Below are positions 21,856 through 30,486 of a stretch of 64,000 nucleotides of DNA, one piece after another (position 1 is the stretch's first letter; each line of letters begins with the position of its first letter). The position numbers and the translations under genes are program-made. The notes below the pieces were generated by a model, which saw nothing but the letters and a program-made list of their open reading frames with translations, had not been told where the DNA came from and did not search any database. Source of the stretch: an uncultured Pelagibacteraceae bacterium (GTDB lineage Bacteria; Pseudomonadota; Alphaproteobacteria; Pelagibacterales; Pelagibacteraceae); assembly GCA_902572005.1 (NCBI GenBank), contig CACGEC010000001.1, positions 21,020 through 85,019 of the forward strand, given 5' to 3'.

Positions 21856-23945
21856 TAAAGGACATCACGTTTGCCTACATGATTTGCTTTGCTTACAATT
21901 CCTTCCGCTTCCATCATGTCTATTATTCTTGCAGCACGGTTATATCCAATTTGAAGCTTTCTTTGTAAGAAAGATGTTGATGCTTTGCCCTCAGATTTAA
22001 TCATATCAACCGCAACTTGATAAAGTTCATCTTTATCACCTTGGTTTTTTGAATTCTCGCTTATCTCTTTTTCATCTGCAAAATTTAAAATTTCATCTAC
22101 GTAATCAGGTTCTTGCTGTGATCTTAAAAAACTATTAATTTTTTCTATTTCATTATCTGATACAAAAGGTGCATGAATTCTAATAATCTTATTAGCAGAA
22201 GACATGTAGAGCATGTCACCTTTTCCAAGTAATTGTTCAGCTCCTTGTTCTCCCAAGATTGTTCTACTGTCAATTTTAGACGTAACTTGAAATGAAATTC
22301 GTGTTGGAAAATTTGCTTTAATTGTACCAGTTATTACGTCTACACTTGGTCTTTGAGTCGCCATAATAATATGAATTCCCGCTGCTCTAGCCATTTGAGA
22401 TAATTTTTGAATATAGTTTTCAATTTCCTTTCCAGCAACCAACATTAAGTCTGACATTTCGTCAACTACAACAACAATGTAAGGCATTGGTAATTTATGT
22501 TTCATATTGTATCCATCGATATTCCTCACACCTTCCTTTGTCATTAACCTGTATCGGCTTTCCATTTCTTTAACTACCCAACCCAAAACAGAAGCAGCTT
22601 TTTTCGCCTCAGTTATCACAGGACATAGCAAATGTGGAACTCCTTCATAAGTTGAGAGTTCTAACATTTTTGGGTCTATTAAAATAAATTTACATTTTTC
22701 TGGACTATGTCTGAAGAGCAAAGATAATATAATTGTGTTTATACAAACCGATTTTCCAGATCCAGTCGTTCCCGCAATAAGAAGATGAGGCATTGATGAT
22801 AAATCACCAACAATTGGTATACCAGAAATATTTTTCCCCAAAGCTATTGGTAATTTGATCTCTCTCTTTTTGAAATCTGGATTATTGATTATTTCACTTA
22901 AGTAAACGTTCTCTCTTGATAAATTTGGCAATTCAATACCGACAGTATTACTCCCAGGGATAGTTGAAATCCGAGCTGACTCAGAGCTTGTATTTCTAGC
23001 TATATCGTCTGATAGATTGACTATCTTAGAAACTTTTACTCCAGCCGCTGGTTCAAACTCATTTAAAGTTACAACAGGACCATGACTTACTTTTTTGATA
23101 TTTCCACTGACACCAAAATCTAAAAGTATTTTTTCTAAAAATTTAGGGTCGTTGTTTTCATTTATATTGGAACTGCTCCTCTCTTTTTTTGATGGTGTTT
23201 TTAGTAAATCAATAGATGGAATTATAAACTTAGTTTTATTTACCGTTTGATTTGAATCAGTTTTAATAAATGGTAAATCTTCTTGGATAAGGTTTTTAAT
23301 TTCGTCTTGAGGAATATATTCACTAATCACCTCATTTTTATTGGTATAATTTTTATTTTCTTTTTTAAAAAAAATCTCAAATATCTTTTTCAAAGATGAA
23401 AAGAAGTTTCTGATATTAAAATTAATACTTATTAGAAATATGATTATGATTAATACAATAAAAGCATAGAAGAAAATATTTTCATAAAGAGAAATAAATT
23501 GATTAAGAAAGGTTTCATTAAGAAAATTACCAACAAAACCTCCATTACCGTTAATGTACAAAGAAAATGCGTCTTGATAAAAAAAGCTTAAAAATAAAGA
23601 ACTAATTAAAGTATAAATTACTATTAAAAAAGTATTTTCGACCAGTAAAAATATTTCTTTCTTCCTGAAAATATTGATCCCTGTAAAAAAAAACGTAAAA
23701 GATATTAAAAAAGAAACTAAGCCTATAGACTGAAAAAAGAGATCAGATATATAGCTTCCCTGAAATCCCAGAAAATTTTTTATTTCTGTGTTGTCAGGAA
23801 AAATAAAATTTGGATCTGAAGAAGAGTAAGAAATTAGAGCCACAAAAAGTAAAACTCCAAAACAAGAAACCAAAATACCAATTATTTCAATTAATCGATT
23901 AATGACAAAAATTAATACTGAATTTGCTAGTTTTTTTATATCCAT
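21855..23945 (-). CDS. ftsK: DNA translocase FtsK
   Basis: N-terminal TM helices, PHLLIAGTTGSGKS, DSRTIL, IGYNRAAR gamma domain; start 23945 avoids overlap with the divergent gene. Confidence 0.96.
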   Translation of the reverse strand: MDIKKLANSVLIFVINRLIEIIGILVSCFGVLLFVALISYSSSDPNFIFPDNTEIKNFLGFQGSYISDLFFQSIGLVSFLISFTFFFTGINIFRKKEIFLLVENTFLIVIYTLISSLFLSFFYQDAFSLYINGNGGFVGNFLNETFLNQFISLYENIFFYAFIVLIIIIFLISINFNIRNFFSSLKKIFEIFFKKENKNYTNKNEVISEYIPQDEIKNLIQEDLPFIKTDSNQTVNKTKFIIPSIDLLKTPSKKERSSSNINENNDPKFLEKILLDFGVSGNIKKVSHGPVVTLNEFEPAAGVKVSKIVNLSDDIARNTSSESARISTIPGSNTVGIELPNLSRENVYLSEIINNPDFKKREIKLPIALGKNISGIPIVGDLSSMPHLLIAGTTGSGKSVCINTIILSLLFRHSPEKCKFILIDPKMLELSTYEGVPHLLCPVITEAKKAASVLGWVVKEMESRYRLMTKEGVRNIDGYNMKHKLPMPYIVVVVDEMSDLMLVAGKEIENYIQKLSQMARAAGIHIIMATQRPSVDVITGTIKANFPTRISFQVTSKIDSRTILGEQGAEQLLGKGDMLYMSSANKIIRIHAPFVSDNEIEKINSFLRSQQEPDYVDEILNFADEKEISENSKNQGDKDELYQVAVDMIKSEGKASTSFLQRKLQIGYNRAARIIDMMEAEGIVSKANHVGKRDVL

Positions 23946-24008
23946 ATTTGATGAATCAAATTTACCACTTTGTATCATCTAATTTTTGTTGTTAAAATTA
24001 AAATTATT

Positions 24009-25082
24009 ATGAAAGTTTCTATACTTGGCAATGGCTTGACCAGTTTAACTTTAGCTAAAGCATTGGTTAATCTTGATATTAATGTTGATATTTTTTCTGA
24101 GAAAAAAATCACAAAATATAGTAAAATTCAGACTCTTGGTATTTCAAAAACGAATATCGATTTCTTCAATGAATGTATCCTAGATATAAAAAGTTTATTA
24201 TGGGATATTGAAAAGATTGAGATTTTTAGCGAAAAATTAAATGATGAAAAAATATTAAATTTTCAAAAAAAAAATAAATATCTTTTCTCTATAGTAAGAA
24301 ATTCTGATTTATATAATCGTTTATTTATTAATTTAAAAAAAAATAAACTAGTTAAATTCAAAAAAAATGTTAGCCATCAAAAATTATTAGAATCTAATTA
24401 CAAATTAATTTTTAATTGTGAGCCCAATAATTTTATTACGAAAAGATTTTTTTATAAGAAACTTAAAAAAAATTATAACAGTTTTGCTCACATTACTACT
24501 TTTAATCATAAGCCATTAAATAACAATCATGTAGCTTCTCAAGTATTTACCAAAAAAGGTCCACTCGCTTTTTTACCTATATCAAAAAAAGAGACTTCAA
24601 TTGTTTATTCGATAAAAGGAAAAAACAATGAAAATTTAATTCACTTAATTAATAAACATAATACAAAATATAAGATTTTAAAAATAAATGATTTTTCATG
24701 TTTTAAATTGGAATCTTCAAATTTAAGAACTTATTATTATAAAAATATAATAGCTTTCGGTGACCTTTTGCATAAAATCCATCCTCTTGCTGGACAAGGC
24801 TTTAACATGACAATCAGGGATATTAAAGAAGTATGTAAGTTAATTCAATCAAGAAAGGAATGTGGACTTGACTTAGATATTTCTATTTGTTCAGATTTTG
24901 AAAAAAATACTAAAGATAAAAATTACCTTTTTTCAAATGGAATAGATTTAATTTATGAATTTTTTAATTTTGAGAGTAAAATTAATAATAATATTTTAAG
25001 CAAGTCTTTAAAATTTTTAGGAAAAAACAAAGTTGTAAATAAATTTTTTATCAAATTTGCTGATACAGGAATAAAAGCTTAA
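24009..25082 (+). CDS. UbiH/UbiF/Coq6 family FAD-dependent hydroxylase
   Basis: ILGNGLTSL, GPLAFLP, GDLLHKIHPLAGQGFN. Confidence 0.88.
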   Translation: MKVSILGNGLTSLTLAKALVNLDINVDIFSEKKITKYSKIQTLGISKTNIDFFNECILDIKSLLWDIEKIEIFSEKLNDEKILNFQKKNKYLFSIVRNSDLYNRLFINLKKNKLVKFKKNVSHQKLLESNYKLIFNCEPNNFITKRFFYKKLKKNYNSFAHITTFNHKPLNNNHVASQVFTKKGPLAFLPISKKETSIVYSIKGKNNENLIHLINKHNTKYKILKINDFSCFKLESSNLRTYYYKNIIAFGDLLHKIHPLAGQGFNMTIRDIKEVCKLIQSRKECGLDLDISICSDFEKNTKDKNYLFSNGIDLIYEFFNFESKINNNILSKSLKFLGKNKVVNKFFIKFADTGIKA

Positions 25083-25091
25083 AACTTAAAA

Positions 25092-25739
25092 CTATTGTAT
25101 TGTTGTATTATTGTATTGATCAAATGAGTATGTAGTTAATATTTCTGAAATTTTTGTCTTTCGTGCATTTAAATTTTTTGCTTCTAACAAAACTTGTTTT
25201 TCCTCAATAGTAAAAGGTGAAGCCATGGCAAGTGCATTAATAGTTTCATCTAAGCTTTGTTTTTCTAAAGCTTTCCAATTAATTATAAAACCTCTTTTTT
25301 CAAATAGAGATTTAAGATCTTTAAAAATTAATTCTAAATCAGAAAATTTGATGTCCTCTTTTTTACTTTCAAGATCATCATAAAAATTTTCAAATTTTAT
25401 CTCGCACTCTCTATATTTTTTATCTGATTTAATCTCATTAACTATTTTAAATCTTATTATTCCCTTTAACTCAATAAGATATCTTGCATCTTCTGTTTCC
25501 TTGAAGCTTGTTATTTTTCCCATACATCCAATTTCATGCAGCTGCGGTGTACTTTCACCACTTTCTTGAGAGGCTCTTGGCTGTATCATTCCTACTAATT
25601 TGTTGGATTTCATACTATCATTAATCATATCAATGTATCTTGGCTCAAAAATATTTAATGGAACCGTAGTCTTTGGAAAAATTATAAAGTTACTTAGTGG
25701 AAATACTGCAAGCTTTTTTGGTAAATTATCTTTTTTCAT
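25092..25739 (-). CDS. Lon peptidase substrate-binding (N-terminal) domain protein
   Basis: VFPL, PLNIFEPRY, IGCMGKI, EEKQVLLE. Confidence 0.9.
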   Translation of the reverse strand: MKKDNLPKKLAVFPLSNFIIFPKTTVPLNIFEPRYIDMINDSMKSNKLVGMIQPRASQESGESTPQLHEIGCMGKITSFKETEDARYLIELKGIIRFKIVNEIKSDKKYRECEIKFENFYDDLESKKEDIKFSDLELIFKDLKSLFEKRGFIINWKALEKQSLDETINALAMASPFTIEEKQVLLEAKNLNARKTKISEILTTYSFDQYNNTTIQ

Positions 25740-25770
25740 AATATCAAAAATATATCATATTTAATATTGC

Positions 25771-25799
25771 TTGAATTAAAAAAAATGTCTAATTATACT
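25771..25799 (+). promoter_or_regulatory. Sigma70 promoter of tRNA-Gly
   Basis: TTGAAT-N17-TATACT, 10 nt before the tRNA. Confidence 0.7.
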
Positions 25800-25809
25800 G
25801 TTTTTATAA

Positions 25810-25884
25810 GCGGGCATAGCTCAGTGGTAGAGCGTCTCGTTGCCAACGAGAAGGTCGAGGGTTCGACCCCCTTTGCCCGCTCCA
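25810..25884 (+). tRNA. tRNA-Gly(GCC)
   Basis: Full cloverleaf: acceptor GCGGGCA/TGCCCGC, D arm GCTC/GAGC, anticodon arm TCTCG-TTGCCAA-CGAGA, T loop TTCGA, encoded CCA. Confidence 0.98.
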
Positions 25885-25888
25885 AATT

Positions 25889-26233
25889 ATGAGTGATTTA
25901 CTTAATAAAAAATGTGCTCCATGTGAAGGCGGTGTTTTGCCTTTTGATATAACTGAAATTCACAAGTATCAAAAAAAAGTTGATGGCTGGGATATTATCA
26001 AAAACAAAGAAAATATTTATTGTTTAGAAAAAAAATTTATTTTTAAAAATTTCGTAGAAAGTCAAAACTTTGTAAATGAAGTTGGCAAATTGTCTGAAGA
26101 GGAGGGGCATCATCCAGATATTTTATTTGGCTGGGGGTACGCAAAAATAAATATCACAACCCACTCTATAGAAGGTTTATCTGAGAATGATTTTATTTTA
26201 GCTGCAAAGATTGATAAAAAAATTAATGTCTAA
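25889..26233 (+). CDS. phhB: Pterin-4-alpha-carbinolamine dehydratase
   Basis: CAPCEGG, EGHHPDI, THSIEGLSENDFILAAKID. Confidence 0.92.
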   Translation: MSDLLNKKCAPCEGGVLPFDITEIHKYQKKVDGWDIIKNKENIYCLEKKFIFKNFVESQNFVNEVGKLSEEEGHHPDILFGWGYAKINITTHSIEGLSENDFILAAKIDKKINV

Positions 26234-27761
26234 AATGTCTTGTTTTGGAAAAAATTAAAACAGTTTCTGTGTCATTTGCAAATTTAATAATTTCTTTATC
26301 TCTAATTGATCCTGCTGGCTGAACGACGGTAGTTATTCCTGATTGAACAAGCTGTTCAATACCATCTACAAAGGGGAAAAAAGCATCTGATGCTGCTACA
26401 ATATCATTTTTTGTTTTTGAAAATTTTTTCATCTTACTGATTGCTATTTTGCAACTATCAAGTCTACTTGGTTGTCCAGACCCAATACCTACTGTAGATT
26501 TTTCACTTGCAAGAACAATAGCATTTGATTTTACATAACGACTTAAATTAAAGGCAAAAATACTATTTTCAAATTGTGACTTATTTGGCTTTTTCTTTGA
26601 TACAACCTTAAAATCTTTTTTTGTAAAAATTTGTCTATCTTCAGTCTGGACTAAAATTGAATTATTGACAGAATTAAATTTGAAAATTTCATTTAATGTA
26701 AAATTTGAAGCATCAATAATTCTTAAATTTTTTTTTAATCTTAATATTTTTAAAGCACTTTCTTCAAATCCATTTGCAATTATAACTTCAAAAAAAATTT
26801 TATTTAATTCTATAGCCAAGTTTTTTTTTATTTTAAAATTACATGAAACAATACCGCCAAATGCACTTACGGGATCACAAGCCAAAGCATTTTTATAGCA
26901 ATCTACATCGTTTTTAATGATAGATGCCCCACATGGATTTGCATGTTTTACAATTACAACACCTTGATTTTTGGGAAGAGATTTAGAAATTGTTAATGCA
27001 GAAAAAATATCGTTATAATTGTTGTAGCTTAATTTTTTTCCATGAATTTGTTGAATATTGATATCTAAACCTTTTGAATAGATTGCACTTTCTTGATGTG
27101 GATTTTCTCCATATCTTAATTTTTCAATCAAATTTCCATAAATAATTTTTTTCTGAGGAAAAGAAATATCTAAGATCCTGTTAAAATAGTCTGAGATTAC
27201 AGAGTCGTAATATGCTGTTTCAGAAAACGCTATTTGAGACATTTTTTTTCTAAAATCTAATGAGGTAGAACCTTTATATTTTATGAGCTGATGAATTAAA
27301 TTTTTGTATTGTTCAGCAGATGTAATTACAGCTACATCATTATAATTTTTTGCAGCCGCTCTAACCATAGTTGGACCTCCTATATCTATATTTTCGATAA
27401 TTTTCTCATGGTTTTTTGTTTGGTTTAAAGTTTGCTGAAAAGGATAAAAGTTGACAATAATTAGATCGATGTTTTCAAAATTGTTTGCTTTTAATTCTTT
27501 AAGATGTTTTTTGTTTTTTCTTTTACTAAGTATGCCAGCATAAATTTTGGGATGTAAAGTTTTTAGTCTTCCATCCAAAATTTCACTAAAGCCAGTAAAA
27601 TCTGATACTTCGGTACATTTAAAACCTAATTTTTTAATTTTTTTATATGTTCCTCCTGAGCTGATTATTTTAACCTTATTCTTTTTTAATATTCGTAATA
27701 TTGATGATAAATTATTTTTGTCAGATACAGAAATAAGAGCTGATTTAATTTTTTTTATCAT
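26223..27761 (-). CDS. purH: Bifunctional AICAR transformylase/IMP cyclohydrolase
   Basis: ALISVSDK, KTLHP, IDIGGP, RYGENPHQ, SDAFFPF, RHFRH; start 27761 gives an ATGA overlap with the upstream gene. Confidence 0.97.
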   Translation of the reverse strand: MIKKIKSALISVSDKNNLSSILRILKKNKVKIISSGGTYKKIKKLGFKCTEVSDFTGFSEILDGRLKTLHPKIYAGILSKRKNKKHLKELKANNFENIDLIIVNFYPFQQTLNQTKNHEKIIENIDIGGPTMVRAAAKNYNDVAVITSAEQYKNLIHQLIKYKGSTSLDFRKKMSQIAFSETAYYDSVISDYFNRILDISFPQKKIIYGNLIEKLRYGENPHQESAIYSKGLDINIQQIHGKKLSYNNYNDIFSALTISKSLPKNQGVVIVKHANPCGASIIKNDVDCYKNALACDPVSAFGGIVSCNFKIKKNLAIELNKIFFEVIIANGFEESALKILRLKKNLRIIDASNFTLNEIFKFNSVNNSILVQTEDRQIFTKKDFKVVSKKKPNKSQFENSIFAFNLSRYVKSNAIVLASEKSTVGIGSGQPSRLDSCKIAISKMKKFSKTKNDIVAASDAFFPFVDGIEQLVQSGITTVVQPAGSIRDKEIIKFANDTETVLIFSKTRHFRH

Positions 27762-29368
27762 ATTTTTTTTATTTCCCATTTAATATTTTCTATCTGGTTA
27801 TTAGAAATACCAGTGATGAAAATATTTTGGTTAGCAGTATATAAATTTTTATTACCGAAATATAAACCATTATCAATATTTATATCGTAATTTTCACATG
27901 TAAATTTCCATCCTTCATCTTCTAGCTGGATTAAAACTGTTTTTCCATCCTGAGTTTTCATTAATTTAACATCTGGCTCTACGTGAAATCTAATATCAAA
28001 CTTATAATTGTGGTTTATTTTCTTTTTAATTATTTTATCTAAACCTATGAAAGTCATTAGTTCTGGGTAAAATTCTATTTCTCTTTCATGAATCGAGTTA
28101 TATTTTTTGATATAACCATCATGTGACGCATTAATTTTCCAGTAATTTTTTTCAAAAATATAATTCTTTTTTATTATTTTTAATCCAGTTTTAATTAAAA
28201 AGTTGTCGTGAACTTTAGTAAATTTACATGATGAATTGTCATCGATAATAAGAGTATTTTGTGCTGCGGATGATTTTGATAATTGGTTTAACTCATTATC
28301 TTTTTTTTTGTAATAACCGCAATTACTTAGTAATTTTTTTCCATTAGTTATAATCTCAAAAGATAGTGTTCCAGACTGATAATCTTTTGTGTACCTCGGG
28401 TTTGGTGTTGATCCTACATCCATCGATAGACAAATTTTTTTATCTTTAAGAATTATGTAACCCCCAAATTCTTGATTTTCATTCTTAAATTTATAACCCA
28501 ATCTTTTTAAATAATTATCAAAGTCAGAATTATTAGAAATATTATTTCCATTAAATAGAAAATTTGAAGGAGTATTGTTTTTAAAAAAAGCGTATCCTTG
28601 ACCAAGATAGTAAATAGTTTCATCTATATGTTCTGGAATATTAACCCTTGACTCCTTGAACCATTCTCTAATTAGAATAAAATATTTTAGATAAAAAATT
28701 AATTGCTTTAAATTTCTTGATTTTGGGAACCCATAATTATCCAATGCAAGCTTTGATATTTTTTTTAGAAGAGTTGCTCCAAATGATAAATAATTTTTTT
28801 CATTTTGATAGCAAAGACCAACCAAAATAATTGACGCACAACCAATTAATTTATCATCAATCAAATCTGATTTATTAATTTCATTAATTAAATGGTTTGT
28901 TTGTTTTTGTATAATTTTATTAAAATCATCCCTATAGTTTTGATTACTTTCTTCGTAAGTGAGATTATGACAAGATAGCCAGGCGATGATTCTTTTTGCT
29001 GTTAAATCAAAATCCCAGCTTTTAAAACTATATTTTTCATTTTGATTAATCCAATTTGTAATTACCGATTGAGTTGTTTGTTTTGATGATTTTAAGTCTA
29101 AACTAAAAAACCAATAAAAACAGTTAAGGTTTTTAAATTCTTTTTCACTTAAATTGTTGTTTTTCCAAATTTCGTCTAAAGAAAAATCTTCAATTCTAAT
29201 TTTTTTTTTTTGATACTTAATTAACGACGCGAGTAAGTGTGGACTAGGCTTATAAATAAATTCTTTATAATCAACATTTGATATTTTTTTGTCATAAAAT
29301 TTTGAATTAAGATAAAATTTTTTTACTTGGGTAGAAATACTTAAAAAAAATCGATTTATATAAATCAT
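27758..29368 (-). CDS. Heparinase II/III family protein
   Basis: SW....AKRIIAW, LSFE, NCG, ASHDGY, IHER, RFH; conserved rpe-X-purH position. Confidence 0.75.
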   Translation of the reverse strand: MIYINRFFLSISTQVKKFYLNSKFYDKKISNVDYKEFIYKPSPHLLASLIKYQKKKIRIEDFSLDEIWKNNNLSEKEFKNLNCFYWFFSLDLKSSKQTTQSVITNWINQNEKYSFKSWDFDLTAKRIIAWLSCHNLTYEESNQNYRDDFNKIIQKQTNHLINEINKSDLIDDKLIGCASIILVGLCYQNEKNYLSFGATLLKKISKLALDNYGFPKSRNLKQLIFYLKYFILIREWFKESRVNIPEHIDETIYYLGQGYAFFKNNTPSNFLFNGNNISNNSDFDNYLKRLGYKFKNENQEFGGYIILKDKKICLSMDVGSTPNPRYTKDYQSGTLSFEIITNGKKLLSNCGYYKKKDNELNQLSKSSAAQNTLIIDDNSSCKFTKVHDNFLIKTGLKIIKKNYIFEKNYWKINASHDGYIKKYNSIHEREIEFYPELMTFIGLDKIIKKKINHNYKFDIRFHVEPDVKLMKTQDGKTVLIQLEDEGWKFTCENYDINIDNGLYFGNKNLYTANQNIFITGISNNQIENIKWEIKKI

Positions 29369-29372
29369 GAAA

Positions 29373-30032
29373 TTATTTTGATTTTAATAATTCAATATTT
29401 TTTTTAACATCTCCATTATTACTTTTAAAAATAGTAGTCCCAGAGACAAGGATATTGGCTCCCGCCTCTATTACTGTTTTAGCGTTATCAAAATTTATTC
29501 CACCATCTATTTCAATATCAAAGTTTAATCCTTTTTCCTTTTGAATTTTTTTTAATTCTTTGACTTTAGTGAGAACTTCTGGCATGAATTTTTGCCCGCC
29601 AAATCCAGGATTAACACTCATTATAAGTACCAAATCAATTTGTTCTAAAAAATCAATAATAGTGTCAATTTGAGTTCCAGGATTTAAAGACACTCCAACT
29701 TTCTTTTTTAATTCTTTTATTTTCAAAATTGATGATTTTAAATTATTTGTTGCCTCAGGATGAATTGTAATAATATCTGCCCCAGCATCAGAATAAGCCT
29801 CTATATAATCATGAACTGGTGAAATCATCAAATGCACATCAAACAATACAGAAGAGTGTTTTTTTAAAGCTTTGATAACTGGAGGCCCAATAGTTAAATT
29901 TGGAACAAAATGACCATCCATGACATCTACATGTATCATGTCAGCACCGCCCTCCTCTAATTTTCTTATTTCATTCCCTAATTGACTAAAATCAGCAGAT
30001 AAAATTGAGGGTGAAATTTTTATTTTTTTCAT
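29373..30032 (-). CDS. rpe: Ribulose-phosphate 3-epimerase
   Basis: SPSILSADF, HVDVMDGHFVPN, MSVNPGFGGQ, DGG. Confidence 0.98.
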   Translation of the reverse strand: MKKIKISPSILSADFSQLGNEIRKLEEGGADMIHVDVMDGHFVPNLTIGPPVIKALKKHSSVLFDVHLMISPVHDYIEAYSDAGADIITIHPEATNNLKSSILKIKELKKKVGVSLNPGTQIDTIIDFLEQIDLVLIMSVNPGFGGQKFMPEVLTKVKELKKIQKEKGLNFDIEIDGGINFDNAKTVIEAGANILVSGTTIFKSNNGDVKKNIELLKSK

Positions 30033-30060
30033 TGATTACTAGATTTACTAGTATCAATTT

Positions 30061-30417
30061 TTAAAATTTAATTGAATTAAAAAATTGGTAAATTTGTCTC
30101 GAAATTTCACTTTCCAAAGGAAAAGATAGCATTCCCATTACAGAATAACCTAAAACCCATGGCATTAAGTAAAATCTTATCATAAAGAAAAACCACGCAA
30201 CATACAAAGGTACTAGTGGTTGAATTATAAAAGTAGGGGTTAGTGGTTTGAATATTTTAAGTAAAGGGTTTGTGAATTTTACAAATACTCTCATAAAAAA
30301 AAATTGAGAATCTTCTTTTTGAAAGATGTTCATTGCTACTCTGCCAATCAGAGTCCACATAATTACACCAAAAATATAATCAATTATATAAACTAGAGGA
30401 TGAAAATTGGCTGACAT
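30061..30417 (-). CDS. Hypothetical membrane protein, distantly YggT-like
   Basis: Hydrophobic; F.KFTNPLL..F resembles YggT T.P.L; downstream of the symporter. Confidence 0.55.
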   Translation of the reverse strand: MSANFHPLVYIIDYIFGVIMWTLIGRVAMNIFQKEDSQFFFMRVFVKFTNPLLKIFKPLTPTFIIQPLVPLYVAWFFFMIRFYLMPWVLGYSVMGMLSFPLESEISRQIYQFFNSIKF

Positions 30418-30444
30418 TTAAAATATATATTGGAAAAATTAAGA

Positions 30445-30478
30445 AATTAAAAGGGGCGAAATTAATCGCCCCTATTAA
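30445..30478 (-). terminator. Rho-independent terminator after the symporter gene
   Basis: 8-bp stem AGGGGCGA/TCGCCCCT (30452-30473) with 6-nt loop and T-rich tail on the minus strand. Confidence 0.85.
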
Positions 30479-30486
30479 AAAGATTA

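Noticed and set aside
25810-25884. tRNA-Gly as a prophage or island integration site
   Set aside because: No integrase, no duplicated tRNA 3' end seen, and flanking genes are housekeeping
29200-29211. T12 homopolymer and other long A/T runs as phase-variation tracts
   Set aside because: In-frame Lys codon runs, expected at this AT content; no frameshift seen
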